Assembly (NCBI GenBank): GCA_965238005.1
Contig: OZ250165.1
Coordinates: forward strand, 4,736,001 to 4,800,000
DNA from: Longimicrobiales bacterium
Lineage (GTDB): Bacteria; Gemmatimonadota; Gemmatimonadetes; Longimicrobiales; Gaopeijiaceae
Length of the DNA stretch: 64,000 nt
Direction: 5' to 3'
The position numbers were made by a program, and so were the translations under genes. Under the pieces are notes generated by a model that saw only the letters and a program-made list of their open reading frames with translations, made no database searches and was not told the origin of the DNA. Below, one piece after another: positions 10,478 to 21,666 of this stretch; the stretch's first letter is position 1; every line of letters begins with the position of its first letter.

Positions 10478-10515
10478 GACCAGAAGGCTGCCCACTGTAC
10501 TTCCTCAACAGCCTT

Positions 10516-11022
10516 CTACTCCAGGTCCAACTCTTCCCCGGCCTCGGCGAGCTCGCGGAAGAAGAGCAGGCCGGCACACTCTCCCGCCAGAAAGAGCAGG
10601 TCCTCCCTCGTCCCAGCCGTCACGGGTTCGTTGGCGGCACCGCGATCATCCAGCACGAGAAACCAGCTCTTGCCGTTTCGGCTCCCAAGATACACCGCCA
10701 ACTCGTCGCCCTCCTCGAGGACCGTGGGTGCCTCCCCGACGTCATCGCCTTCGACAACCGGGAGCGTGAAGTCCGTCCGGGCGGGCTCCGCCGCCAGGTC
10801 CAGGACGAAGAGCGCCTGCGGCTCGGAGTCTCCCTCGGCCACCCAAACCAGGCCCCCCCTTCCGCCACCGACCAGGTAGATCGACCGCCAGATGGGTAGG
10901 GCGAAGCGCGATCGCTCCCCGTCACCACCCCAAACGGAGAAGCTGCTGCGCGAGCCGTCCGGTTCCCCATCGGCGGGGGCTCGGCCCCGATACCTGGTCA
11001 GATCGATGACATCGTCGTTCAC
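10516..11022 (-). CDS. Hypothetical protein
   Basis: Protein-like ORF; GTG start inferred. Confidence 0.6.
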   Translation of the reverse strand: MNDDVIDLTRYRGRAPADGEPDGSRSSFSVWGGDGERSRFALPIWRSIYLVGGGRGGLVWVAEGDSEPQALFVLDLAAEPARTDFTLPVVEGDDVGEAPTVLEEGDELAVYLGSRNGKSWFLVLDDRGAANEPVTAGTREDLLFLAGECAGLLFFRELAEAGEELDLE

Positions 11023-11282
11023 GATCCAACCGTAGACCCGCGGGCCCCGGGGCGCAATGAGATCCGCATGGGGTGAGGCAGAGGGCCCACAATTGAGCTC
11101 GCTAACGCTCGCTCGTCTCGGCGGTCGCCTCCCAGGCCACATCGCGGCAACGGCCGACTGACGCCTCGGCTCGGTTCACCTGGGGTCCTGCCGGTGGCGC
11201 CAATCGGCGGATCATTTAGATTCTCCTTCCTGAGGCCTCGGCCTTTGACATCGAGACCACGCTTGACCCCAAACGGTGACCA

Positions 11283-11561
11283 ATGGAGAACTGGATCGGC
11301 ATCGGCATCTGGATCGTGATGGGAGCCTTTGTCGGCCTCCTCATGCGGATGGCCATCAAACGACCGGAAGAGACCTCCGGTCACGTCCCTCTCCTCATGG
11401 TGCTCGGCGCCTTCGGTGCCGTCATCGGGGGCATGCTGGGAGTCGGTATATTTGAGTTTGACGAACCCCTCGCGCTGAGCGCCGGCGGAATGGGCGGTGC
11501 CCTGGCGTTTTCAGCGTTGATGAGCTTCGTCTACCGGTGGGGCATTCGCGGTCTCATCTGA
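11283..11561 (+). CDS. Small membrane protein (GlsB/YeaQ/YmgE-like)
   Basis: Three Gly-rich TM helices, WIVMGAFVG. Confidence 0.7.
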   Translation: MENWIGIGIWIVMGAFVGLLMRMAIKRPEETSGHVPLLMVLGAFGAVIGGMLGVGIFEFDEPLALSAGGMGGALAFSALMSFVYRWGIRGLI

Positions 11562-11649
11562 TCGGTAGGACGACCGGTGTTGGACATGTAAGAGGCGGCG
11601 GCCCGCAGGCCGGCGCCTCTTCGTATACCCCTCTTCAAGAAGATCGAGC

Positions 11650-13011
11650 ATGAGTGACGTTCAGAGGTACGTCGGAGAAGGACTGCAGCGCTTTACAGAA
11701 GAGATCTTCGACTTCCTACGGATCCCTTCCATAAGCGCCAAGTCGGACCACAACGCCGACACCCGCCAAGCCGCCGAGTGGCTGCAGGCGAAGCTGGTAG
11801 ACGCCGGTCTTCAGGCTGAGGTCATCGATACGGCCGGTCATCCGATAGTGCTGGGGGAGTGGCGGGGTGCCGGTGACGACGCCCCCACAGTCCTTGTGTA
11901 CGGTCACTACGACGTGCAGCCTCCCGAGCCACTGGAGCTCTGGGAGTCTCCGCCTTTCGAGCCGGAGTTCCGGGAGGGTCGTCTCTACGCCCGTGGCTCG
12001 GCCGACGACAAAGGTCAGCTCTACCTTCATGTGAAGGCGGCTGAGGCGCATCTGAAGGCCGGGGGCGGACTCCCGGTGAACCTCATCATCCTGGCCGAGG
12101 GCGAGGAAGAGGTGGGCTCGCCCAACCTGGTGCCCTTTGTCGAGGCGAACAGGGACCGGTTGACGTGCGACACCGTCGTCATCTCTGATACGGCGATGTT
12201 CGCCCCGGGGCTTCCCTCTCTCCTCTTTTCGCTGCGGGGCCTCGCCTACTGCGAGATCCACGTGGACGGACCGTCCAGCGATCTGCATTCCGGCAGCTAC
12301 GGCGGGCCCGTCGTGAACCCCGCCATGGCCCTCTCGCAGATCCTGGCCACTCTGTTCGATGACGACGGCCGCATCGCCATCGACGGCTTCTACGACGATG
12401 TCCTCGAATGGGACGCCGAGACTCGGGACGCCATCGGGAGCCTGCCCTTCGACGAGGAGGAGTTCGCCGAGTCGGTCGGAGCTACCCTTGCGGGTGGTGA
12501 GAGCGGGTACTCGGTCCCCGAAAGGCTCTGGACCCGGCCTACCTGCGAAGTGAACGGGCTGCTCTCGGGTTACACTGGCGAGGGGGCGAAGACAGTGCTC
12601 CCGGGCAAGGCCATGGCCAAGGTGAGCTTCCGCCTGGTGGCGGACCAGAATCCCAGGCGCGTTTACGAGCTACTGCAGGCACATGTCGCCAAGGTCGCTC
12701 CTGCGGGCGTCACGGTCCGGGTCGAGGAGCTCCACGGCGGCATGCCCTGGCGGGCCCAGCTGAGCGAGAGTCTCAAGGAGGCCGCCACGACGGCTTTGAT
12801 GAAGGCGTTCGGGGCGGCACCGGTCCTGGCCGGCGAGGGCGGAAGCATACCCATTGTGGGAGAGTTCGAGCGAATCCTCGACGCCCCCGCCCTACTCCTC
12901 GGCTTCTCCCTTCCGGGAGCCAATCTGCACGCGCCCAACGAATGGTTTCCGGAGGAGCACATCGAGAAGGGCATCCGGGCTCTGGCCTACCTCTACCAGG
13001 AGCTCGGCTAG
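11650..13011 (+). CDS. M20 family dipeptidase
   Basis: YGHYDVQP, RGSADDKG, EGEEE, GGSIP and HAPNE motifs. Confidence 0.93.
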   Translation: MSDVQRYVGEGLQRFTEEIFDFLRIPSISAKSDHNADTRQAAEWLQAKLVDAGLQAEVIDTAGHPIVLGEWRGAGDDAPTVLVYGHYDVQPPEPLELWESPPFEPEFREGRLYARGSADDKGQLYLHVKAAEAHLKAGGGLPVNLIILAEGEEEVGSPNLVPFVEANRDRLTCDTVVISDTAMFAPGLPSLLFSLRGLAYCEIHVDGPSSDLHSGSYGGPVVNPAMALSQILATLFDDDGRIAIDGFYDDVLEWDAETRDAIGSLPFDEEEFAESVGATLAGGESGYSVPERLWTRPTCEVNGLLSGYTGEGAKTVLPGKAMAKVSFRLVADQNPRRVYELLQAHVAKVAPAGVTVRVEELHGGMPWRAQLSESLKEAATTALMKAFGAAPVLAGEGGSIPIVGEFERILDAPALLLGFSLPGANLHAPNEWFPEEHIEKGIRALAYLYQELG

Positions 13012-13098
13012 TGTTCCGTTGCCGAAGTTCGCGAGCCACCAAGAGGGTCGGGGCGCCGTGCCCTCGACTGGCCGAGACACTTTGGTAACGGGACACTA
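13009..13098 (+). mobile_element. MITE-like element type B, short copy
   Basis: TIR GTGTTCCGTTGCCGAAGT/ACTTTGGTAACGGGACAC, TA flanks; internally deleted relative to the 34.9 kb copy. Confidence 0.85.
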
Positions 13099-14595
13099 GT
13101 CCCCCGGTGCCAGCATGGCGCCGGCCCTCAAGAGGGCCCGTGCCTTGTTGAGCGTCTCCTCGTACTCGCGACCCGGATCCGAGTCGGCCACGATACCGGC
13201 ACCCGCCTGGACATACGCGGTGCCATCCTTCACCACGACGGTTCGGATCGTGATGGCCGTATCCATGGCGGCTCCTCCCCAGCCGAAGTGACCCACAGCC
13301 CCGGCGTATGGGCCCCTCTTGACCGGCTCTAGCTCGTCGATGATCTCCATGGCACGGACCTTGGGGGCCCCCGAGACCGTACCGGCGGGAAAGCACGCCC
13401 GGAACACATCCATGGACGACAGGCCCGGCCGGAGCTTCCCCTCCACCTGGCTGACCAGGTGCATGACGTGGGAGTAACGCTCCACCAACATCAGGTCGGG
13501 GACCGTGACCGAGCCGTATTCGGCGACCCGGCCCACGTCGTTGCGCCCCAGATCCACCAGCATGCGATGCTCCGCCAGCTCTTTTTCATCACTGGCCAGG
13601 TCCTGCGCCAGCGCCCGATCCTGCTCCGGGGTGGCTCCCCTGGGCCTCGTCCCGGCAATGGGCCTCACTGTCACGACGTCGTCCTCGACCCGGACCAGGA
13701 CCTCCGGTGAGCTCCCCACCAGGCAAAGGCCGTCGAGCTCCAGGAAGTAGAGGTAGGGGGACGGATTCAGCGACCGGAGCGCTCGATACAGGTCGAAGGG
13801 CCCGGCGGGAAGCTGCATCTCGAGGCGTTGACTCAAGACCACCTGAAATGCGTCACCGGCCATGATGTAATCACGGATCCGCTCCACGGCCGCCTCGAAT
13901 TCCTCGCGACTCATGGTGCTCGTGAAGCTCGGGTCCTCGTCCGGCTCGGGGCCCAGCTCCAATGGAGGCGGAGATGGCTCCTCCCACAGCCGCGACACGA
14001 GGTCGTGTGTCTTCTCGGCCGCCAGATCGTACCGCCTGCGGAGCTCCTCTTCGTTCAGGCCCTCCTCCACCTCGACGGTGGCGATGGCCATGGCGCGCCC
14101 CAGGAGATTGTCGATGGCGAGCACGACATCGATGAAGACGAAGAGGCCGTCAGGAAGATGCAGATCGTCCGGGGGGCCATCGGGCAAGTGCTCGATCTGG
14201 CGCACCACGTCGTACCCGAAGTACCCTACGGCGCCTCCCCACAGCCGGGGCAGGCCCCCGGTGGTGAGGGGTTGACGAGCTCGCAGCCGTTCGTCGAGAT
14301 CGGCCAGAGCGTCGTCGGTGGCGATGGGCGCCCAGCTGTCACCCCGAGTCCACAGCTCGGCCCGGCCCTGGATCAGGCGCCAAGCTTCGGCGGGCTCGCT
14401 CCCCAGAAAGGTGTATCGGGCCCACTGCTCACCGCCGACCACGGACTCGAGCAGAAAGCCGAACGGGGAGCGTCGGATTTTGGCATAGGCGGTGACGGCG
14501 GTGTCCACATCGAACAGGAACTCCCTCCACACCGGGAGGACGCCGCCGCGGTTCGCCTGGGCGCGGAACTCTTCGAAGCTGGGCTTGAGCTGCAT
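13096..14595 (-). CDS. trpE: Anthranilate synthase component I
   Basis: FLLES, NPSPY, GSSPE, EHRMLVDLGRND and PAGTVSGAPK motifs. Confidence 0.95.
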   Translation of the reverse strand: MQLKPSFEEFRAQANRGGVLPVWREFLFDVDTAVTAYAKIRRSPFGFLLESVVGGEQWARYTFLGSEPAEAWRLIQGRAELWTRGDSWAPIATDDALADLDERLRARQPLTTGGLPRLWGGAVGYFGYDVVRQIEHLPDGPPDDLHLPDGLFVFIDVVLAIDNLLGRAMAIATVEVEEGLNEEELRRRYDLAAEKTHDLVSRLWEEPSPPPLELGPEPDEDPSFTSTMSREEFEAAVERIRDYIMAGDAFQVVLSQRLEMQLPAGPFDLYRALRSLNPSPYLYFLELDGLCLVGSSPEVLVRVEDDVVTVRPIAGTRPRGATPEQDRALAQDLASDEKELAEHRMLVDLGRNDVGRVAEYGSVTVPDLMLVERYSHVMHLVSQVEGKLRPGLSSMDVFRACFPAGTVSGAPKVRAMEIIDELEPVKRGPYAGAVGHFGWGGAAMDTAITIRTVVVKDGTAYVQAGAGIVADSDPGREYEETLNKARALLRAGAMLAPGD

Positions 14596-14646
14596 GGACC
14601 TCGTCCGTCACGTTAGGGGGGCCCCGGGTCGGGGCCTGGAGAACTT

Positions 14647-16636
14647 ATGAGCGAAGCGAGAAAGGGAAAGATCTGGCGGGTCGTCGCCGTCGACACGGGG
14701 GGTACCTTCACCGATATCCTCGTCCTCGACGCCGGCCGTCTCCGATCGCTCAAGGTACCCTCCACCCCCACCGATCCAGCCGACGCCGTCCTCGAGGGAC
14801 TCAGGACGCTGTTGGGCACGGGCGAAGGCGACTACCTGCTCCTTCACGGTTCCACCGTGGCCACGGAACGCCCTTCTGGAGCGAAAGGGCGCTCGGGTCA
14901 AGCTCGTCACCAACGCCGGCTTCGAGGATGTCATAGAGATTGGACGACAGAACCGGCCTCAGCTGTACGCCCTGGTCGGCCATCGCCCCAGTCCTCTGGT
15001 CCATCGAGACGACCGCGTCGGCATCCGCGGCAGAGTCGGACCGGAGGGCCAGGTGGTCGAGCCCCTCGACCAGGACGAGTTGGACGGTCTGGCCGAGCGG
15101 CTCGCTGGTGCTGAGTCCGTTGCAGTGGTCCTTCTCCACTCGTACGCGAACCCTGCGCATGAGGAGAGTGTCGCCGAAGCTCTGGCGGAGGTCTCTGTTC
15201 CTCTGTCGGTATCCGCAAGGCTGTTGCCCGAGTACCGGGAATACGAGCGAACATCCACGACAGTGGTGAACGCGTACGTGGCACCCCGCGTGTCCGCCTA
15301 CCTGGGCCGGCTGGATCGGGAGACCGGAGCGGAGCGGGTGAGGATCATGGGCTCCAACGGAGGATCGCTGCCGGTGAGCCGTGCGACCCGAGAGCCGATC
15401 CACACCGTACTGTCCGGCCCCGCGGGGGGAGTGGTGGGGGCGCTGGCGTGGGGACGCCTCGCCGGATTCGATCAGATTGTCTCATTCGACATGGGCGGCA
15501 CGTCCACCGACGTGTCTCTTTGCCCCGGTGGGCTCCTACACACACGGGAGTCCGAGATCGGGGGCCAGCCCGTGGCTGTCCCCGTCATCGATATCCACAC
15601 GGTGGGAGCAGGAGGAGGCTCCCTCGCTCGTGTCGACCCGGGCGGTGCGCTACGGGTGGGCCCCCAGTCCGCCGGTGCCGACCCCGGTCCCATCTGCTAA
15701 GGGAAGGGAGGGGACGCCGTCACGGTCACCGACGCCCACGTCTGGCTCGGTCGCCTTCCCGCCGATGCCTTTCTGGGTGGTGAAGGTACGCTCGACCGGA
15801 ACGGAATCGAGCCCACGCTTGCCAGCCTTGCCGAGAGCCTGGACGCGAGCCTCGAGGACACTGCCGAGGGGATTCTGGCTGTGGCCGACTCGGCCATGGA
15901 GCGAGCCCTCCGTGTTATCTCCGTGGAGCGCGGGTACGACCCAGCCGACTTCGCGCTCGTTGCGTTCGGAGGTGCCGGCGGACTCCACGCTGCGGGCCTC
16001 GCCCAAAAGCTGGGTGCCGACCGCGCTATCGTCCCACCCACGCCGGGCCTCCTTTCGGCCTACGGCATGCTGGCGGCCGACGTGACCCGCGAGACGTCAC
16101 GGACGGTGCTGATCTCCACCGAGACGCCCTCTGGAGAGAGACGCATAAAGGAGGTGTATCTGGAGCTCGAGAGGCACACGCTCGAGGCGATCCGACAGGA
16201 GGACGTGGAGGACGCGACAATCGAGCTCCACCGGTGGGTCGACGCTCGCTACGCCGGGCAGAGCTTCGAGCTCCAGGTGCCGGGCACGGACTGGGTGGCT
16301 GCCTTCCACGCTCTTCACCAGGAGAGGTACGGCTACCGGCGGGAGGGCACTCCGGTGGAGGCCGTTACCCTTCGGGTGGTCGCCTCTGCACCCGGTCCCG
16401 AACTGGAGCTCCAGCGCCTTCCTCCCACCACGGGGCCCGCCACCCTCAGCCCCACTCAGGTGCACGTAGATGGGCGCTGGGTGGAGGCTGGCCGTGTCTG
16501 GCGGAGCAAGATTTCTCCCGGACACGAACTGGAAGGGCCGGCGGTGGTTTCGGAGTACAGCTCCACCACATGGGTTCCGGAAGGGTGGCGGCTGACGGTG
16601 GACGACTGGGGGAACCTGCACCTCACGACAAGGTAG
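14647..16636 (+). pseudogene. Hydantoinase/5-oxoprolinase A subunit, disrupted
   Basis: DTGGTFTD, SGPAGG, DMGGTSTD and GAGGGS motifs; extra G near 14866 and in-frame TAA at 15698-15700 (PGPIC*G, where Tyr is expected). Confidence 0.85.
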
Positions 16637-16750
16637 CACGAGCGCGGTGGGCCTCTTTGAAGGCGGCACACGACTGAGCGGCCACTCCTTGGTGATCCTC
16701 TTCAAGTGCTATCTTGGGGCCCGCCGAGCAGCACTCCAGCGAAGGGCGAG

Positions 16751-19090
16751 ATGAGCCTCACCGACACCGAAACAGCCCCCAAGCTCGTCGACGACGACGA
16801 GCGGGGGGTAAGAGATGGTCCCAAAGTCGACGGACCGCCCTACGGCTGGGCGGTCATCGTCGCTCTGGGGGTGGGCCTCATTTATGCGATCACCCTGGCT
16901 CCCACCACAGCCTTCTGGGACACGAGCGAATATATAGCCACCGGGCATATCCTGGGGATTCCCCATGCGCCTGGGAACCCGCTCTTCGTGGTCCTGGCAC
17001 GCACGTGGGACGTCCTCCTGGCCCCCCTCGGTCTGACGGTGGCCACCCGCATCAATCTCTTCTCCGCGCTAATGGGGAGCCTGGCCCACGGCCTCTGGTT
17101 CCTGGCCGTATACCACGTCCTCGGGTTCTTCTCCAACGATCGACGCTTCCGGTTGGTCGGCGCCGTGACCGCGGCTCTCGTGAGCGCGACAGCCTTCACC
17201 GTCTGGAATCAGTCCAACGTGAACGAGAAGGTCTACACGGTCTCGCTCTTCACCATCGCTCTCTTGACCTGGCTCGTGTTCCACTGGCGAGAGAACCTGG
17301 GCAAGGGCAGGGACGACAACCTGCTGGTGCTCATGGCTTTCATCCTGGCGTTGTCGGTGGGGAACCACCTGATGGCGTTCCTGGCCGCCCCTGCTCTGGC
17401 TGTGTTCATCCTGCTGATCTCGCCTAAGACCCTTCTCAACTGGCGACTCTTCGCTGTTGGCGCCCTGGCGGTGTTCCTCGGCCTCTCCATTCACCTCTTC
17501 CTGCCGCTCCGGGCCGGTCTGGCCCCCATCATCAACGAAGGCGACCCGACCTGTTCGAGCATCCAGAGCGCCCTGACAAGCATCGTCACGTGGGGGCAAG
17601 CGGGGTGCATGGAGCTGTCATCGGCCCTCTCCAGGCAGCAGTATGACAAGGCACCTCTCTTCCCACGCCCGGCACCCCTGTGGTCTCAGTACGCCAACTA
17701 CCTCCAGTACTTCGACTGGCAATGGGCCAGGGGCGTGGCCGGACCGGAGACGGTCTTCCCACTCCTGAGGCTCCCGTTCACCGCTCTCTTCGCAGCCCTT
17801 GGGGCCTATGGCGCCAGCCAGCACCTCCGCCGTGACTCGGCCACCGGGCTCTACACCTTGGTCCTGTTCGTCACGCTCTCGCTGGGCCTGGTCTTCTACC
17901 TGAACTTCAAATACGGGTACTCCCTCGCGTCGCCCGCCCCGGGGACCGACATCCACGAGGTGCGTGAGCGGGATTACTTCTTCATCGTCGGCTTCTCGGT
18001 CTGGGGGCTCTGGGCCGGACTCGGAATCGCAGCGCTCTGGCAGCGGGTTGCCGAGCGGACGGGCGGCTCCTGGCTGCGGGCGGCCCCAGTACTGTCGCTG
18101 GCCCTCATACCGCTTCTTCTCAACTGGTCCTGGGCCAGCCGCAGGGGCGACTACTCGGCCAGAGACTGGGGGTACAACCTCCTCATGAGCGTGGAGCCGT
18201 ATGCGGTTCTCTTCACCAACGGGGACAACGACACATTCCCCCTCTGGTACCTGCAGGAAGCGGAGGGCATCCGACGGGACGTGATCGTCATCGTCACGTC
18301 CTATCTCAACACCGACTGGTATACCAAGCAGATCCGCGACCTGACCCGCCCCTGTCCCGCCAACGTGGACCCCGAGCAGGATCCGACGACGATCGTCTGC
18401 CAGCGTCCCTACCAAGCCTCATCGACGGCGGCGATGTATACCCACGATCCCGGCGAGGCCGAGGCTTTGGGAAAGATCGGGATCCTGATGGACGAGCCGG
18501 TGACCACACCGCGGAAGTCGATCCTTGCCCTGGACGACACCGTCATCGAGCAGGTGGTCAACCCCGCGGGGTATGTCAAAATGGAGGAGACCCGCGAGTT
18601 CCGCTTCGGGCCCGTGGTCGCCACGCTGGACGGAGGTACGGTGGTCGCCCCCTGGCAGCAATTCGCCCTGGCGCTGATCCAGAACAGCATCGACGACCGG
18701 CCCATCTATTTCGCCTCCAGCGGTAACGCCCCGTGGTCCCTGGGCTTGTCCCCCTATCTGGTCCGGCAGGGCGTGGCTTTTCGGCTCAACCCAGGCCCTC
18801 CGGATCTGAGCCCGAGGAACGTTCCCATGCAGGCCGCGGGCCTGTGGCCTGCCACGGGCCCGTGGCTCGACGAGGAGCGGACTCGCACGCTGGTCGACAG
18901 CGTGTTCGTGCACCGGGGGGGGATCCCCGACGAGTGGGCATACTGGCCGGACCGATCCACCGCCGGCATCCCGAAGTACTACGCCTGGGCCTACGCGGCT
19001 CTCGTCCAGAGTGCGATCCGGAGCGACGACGAAAGCTCGGCAGCTCGCTACGAAGATCGTCGGATCGCCTGGGAGGCGTTGGCGCGGTAA
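16751..19090 (+). CDS. DUF2723/TMEM260-like membrane glycosyltransferase
   Basis: FWDTSEY, HAPGNPLF, RERDYFF and GDNDTFPLWY motifs. Confidence 0.85.
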   Translation: MSLTDTETAPKLVDDDERGVRDGPKVDGPPYGWAVIVALGVGLIYAITLAPTTAFWDTSEYIATGHILGIPHAPGNPLFVVLARTWDVLLAPLGLTVATRINLFSALMGSLAHGLWFLAVYHVLGFFSNDRRFRLVGAVTAALVSATAFTVWNQSNVNEKVYTVSLFTIALLTWLVFHWRENLGKGRDDNLLVLMAFILALSVGNHLMAFLAAPALAVFILLISPKTLLNWRLFAVGALAVFLGLSIHLFLPLRAGLAPIINEGDPTCSSIQSALTSIVTWGQAGCMELSSALSRQQYDKAPLFPRPAPLWSQYANYLQYFDWQWARGVAGPETVFPLLRLPFTALFAALGAYGASQHLRRDSATGLYTLVLFVTLSLGLVFYLNFKYGYSLASPAPGTDIHEVRERDYFFIVGFSVWGLWAGLGIAALWQRVAERTGGSWLRAAPVLSLALIPLLLNWSWASRRGDYSARDWGYNLLMSVEPYAVLFTNGDNDTFPLWYLQEAEGIRRDVIVIVTSYLNTDWYTKQIRDLTRPCPANVDPEQDPTTIVCQRPYQASSTAAMYTHDPGEAEALGKIGILMDEPVTTPRKSILALDDTVIEQVVNPAGYVKMEETREFRFGPVVATLDGGTVVAPWQQFALALIQNSIDDRPIYFASSGNAPWSLGLSPYLVRQGVAFRLNPGPPDLSPRNVPMQAAGLWPATGPWLDEERTRTLVDSVFVHRGGIPDEWAYWPDRSTAGIPKYYAWAYAALVQSAIRSDDESSAARYEDRRIAWEALAR

Positions 19091-19209
19091 TCCCGCTGCG
19101 TGCGCGGTTCCCCCCGCGCGATCCGTCGGCCCTGCCACGGGGATGGCGGTAGCGCGACCTCGACAGCTATCCTCCTCAGGATTTCAATCCCACTGACAGG
19201 AGGAACCAG

Positions 19210-19647
19210 GTGAGCAGCGTCCCACAGAATTTCGAGAATCACGCCAGGTTCGTGCCCATGTACCACCTCGGGTCCTTTGGGCTCATCGCCGTATACGCCC
19301 TTTGGTCGCTGTATGTGATGGTGACCGCGTTCTCCCTCGCGTCGCTCATGTCCCTGCTCTTCGCCATCGGCGTGATCATCACCTTCTTCTTCGCCCGAGT
19401 CTTCCCGCTTGGAGTGCAGGATCGGGTCATTCGCCTCGAGGAGCGGTTACGCCTCGAGCGCCTCCTGCCGCCGGAGCGGCGCGACGCGATCTACAATGTG
19501 GACACCGAACTGCTCATCGGCCTCCGGTTCGCCTCCGACGGCGAGGTCGCCGACCTTTTCGACGCCATCGTCACCGAGGGCATCACCGACCGGGACGAGG
19601 TGAAGAAGCGGGTGACGAGCTGGCGGGCCGATCACCAACGGATCTGA
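19210..19647 (+). CDS. Conserved membrane protein (DUF6526-like)
   Basis: QNFENH, QDRVIRLEERLR, LRFASD and WRADHQRI; RBS AGGAGG. Confidence 0.75.
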   Translation: MSSVPQNFENHARFVPMYHLGSFGLIAVYALWSLYVMVTAFSLASLMSLLFAIGVIITFFFARVFPLGVQDRVIRLEERLRLERLLPPERRDAIYNVDTELLIGLRFASDGEVADLFDAIVTEGITDRDEVKKRVTSWRADHQRI

Positions 19648-19726
19648 CGCATCGGGTGGAGCACGAATCACCGTCGGGCGGGACCACGGCCTCCGATCCG
19701 TCTCCAAGCCATGGCTCGAGGCGGAG

Positions 19727-20134
19727 ATCATCCTACGGATCGTGCAGACCGTGGACCGCTGGTACCTGGGGGTACAGAACCTGGCCCGCTCCGTAGGGAT
19801 CCTGGGTTAGGGGCGGGAGTCGATTCAGGATTACGAGGCCGAGGGTCTCCGGTACACCGAGTTCCCGGACCTCAGCGACGAGGGCTGGCCGGGGTTCCGC
19901 ATGGTGATTCCCCCTGAAGCCACCTTGAGCCACACGACATCCGGTGTCTTCTACAGGGGCGTCCACCATCGCAGTCACCTCGTGCGGGAAGAGCCGGTGG
20001 TCAGGTACAAGGCGGCCCTGGTGGATGCCGGCCTTCGGTATGAGTCCGGGGACGACCCCATGGAGGACTTCCTCCGGATGGGTGACCTCGGCGGCGACGT
20101 CAGGATCCGCATCGCGCGAACACGGCGGGGGTGA
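19727..20134 (+). pseudogene. Possible degraded hypothetical gene
   Basis: Protein-like frame interrupted by a TAG near 19808; function unknown. Confidence 0.3.
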
Positions 20135-20241
20135 ACCGCGATCTCCATCGGGCAGTATCGGGACCACTCGAACGTCGAGGCCGTCATCCGTGAAACCGCG
20201 AGGAGGATGAGATCGGCGGAAACGTAGGGTATTCGCCAGGG

Positions 20242-21654
20242 TCAGTGGACCCATAGCTTCCCTACTCCGCTTCTCCGGATGCGCGTATGAGGCGCGCCGG
20301 CCCGGTCCACACGCAGGTCCACGATCCAATCGAACGATTCGGGAATCGTGTCCAGGATCTCGCCCCGGCAGAAGAGGAGGATCTTCGGAACCTGGGGCAG
20401 CATGTTCCGAAGAAGCCCGACGGCCCGGACCTTGGCCTCAGGCTCGAGGCGGTCGAAGGTATCACCGAGGAGCACCTCCTCGAACTGAATTCCCTGCTCA
20501 GCGGCGAGATCGATGAGCGCGAGCCGGAGCGCGAGCAAGTACGCCGCCACTTCCTCGTCGGACTGCAGCCGTCTCGCCCCCTCGTCCCGGACGACCGTAG
20601 GCTCTCCGTCTCCGGTGAGGCCCACTCCCAGAACGCCGCCGCTGGTCAAGTGATTGAGGTAGCGGCCCGTCCGGCCCGCAAGCATGTCCCGGGCGTCCGA
20701 GAGCAGCTCGGCTCGGAGGGCCTCCAGAGCCCGGCGACGCCGATCGACGTCTTCGCTGGCCACCCCGCGGTCCTCCAACCGCGTCGATCTCCGTCGATCC
20801 CTCGAGGTTCCAGCGGCCCGTACCGCGGCGAGCGTGTCCTCGGCTTCCGCCAACTCCGCGAGCCGCGCACGGATACGCTCCATCTCCTCCGTGCACTCCT
20901 CGATCGCCGCCTGAAGCCGGATCGCCTTCCCCTCCAGGTCCTGAAGATGAGAAGGCTTGAAGTCCAGCTGCTCTCGACGCCGCTTCCACCAGCTGCCGTC
21001 CTGAACGACCGACTCCCACTCTTCACGCAGCACGGTCAAAACGGACTCGAACCGTTCGGCGAGCAGGCGATCGCACGTGGGACACTCGCTCTCAGGGGCC
21101 CCAGCCTCCAGCTGCTGGAGCCGCACCTTCAGCTCACGGGCGCGATCCCGATAGGCCAGGAGGTGCGTCTCCGCGTCCTGCCTCTCGCGCAGCCAGTCCA
21201 TGTTGGCGACCTCCATGTCGCCACTCACCTCCGCTGCGTCGGCCCGCATCTCCCGGAGCTCACGCTCTTTTGTTCGCACGGCCTCCGGAAGCCGACGGAG
21301 CTCCTGGACCCGGGCACGGAGGTTCTCCACCCCCGAGTCCATGGAGATGAGGCCCGAAGTCGCCGAACTCTCTCTCTCCAGATCCGAAACTTCCCTGTCC
21401 ACCCCGTCCAGTCCGAGCCACTGCGCCAGCACTCGCACGGCGCACCGCCACGCCTGTGCGGGCTCCGTCAGTCCGTGTCCGGCCACCAACGTCGCCAACC
21501 GCTCGTCGCCCTTCGCTAATGGACCGGCGAATCGCTCGAGCGCCTCGCTGCGGAGCGGTCCGTCGCCACCGACGAGCGCGGCAAGGCCGGGGCCGAGCCG
21601 GAAGCCCAGCCGGTCCGCGTCCCACGACGATGTGCCGAGATTGAGGCTGCTCAA
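20242..21654 (-). CDS. SbcC/Rad50-like coiled-coil protein with zinc hook, ATPase motifs degenerate
   Basis: Coiled coil around CPTC; C-terminal head-like region with SDEE, LLGDTFDRLE and LFCR; no Walker A. Confidence 0.75.
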   Translation of the reverse strand: MSSLNLGTSSWDADRLGFRLGPGLAALVGGDGPLRSEALERFAGPLAKGDERLATLVAGHGLTEPAQAWRCAVRVLAQWLGLDGVDREVSDLERESSATSGLISMDSGVENLRARVQELRRLPEAVRTKERELREMRADAAEVSGDMEVANMDWLRERQDAETHLLAYRDRARELKVRLQQLEAGAPESECPTCDRLLAERFESVLTVLREEWESVVQDGSWWKRRREQLDFKPSHLQDLEGKAIRLQAAIEECTEEMERIRARLAELAEAEDTLAAVRAAGTSRDRRRSTRLEDRGVASEDVDRRRRALEALRAELLSDARDMLAGRTGRYLNHLTSGGVLGVGLTGDGEPTVVRDEGARRLQSDEEVAAYLLALRLALIDLAAEQGIQFEEVLLGDTFDRLEPEAKVRAVGLLRNMLPQVPKILLFCRGEILDTIPESFDWIVDLRVDRAGAPHTRIRRSGVGKLWVH

Positions 21655-21666
21655 CGCGCTTTCCTG

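Noticed and set aside
2890..16636. Stop-codon readthrough or recoding to explain the in-frame TGA/TAA
   Set aside because: The same genes also carry frameshifts, and all three stops end normal genes in this window.
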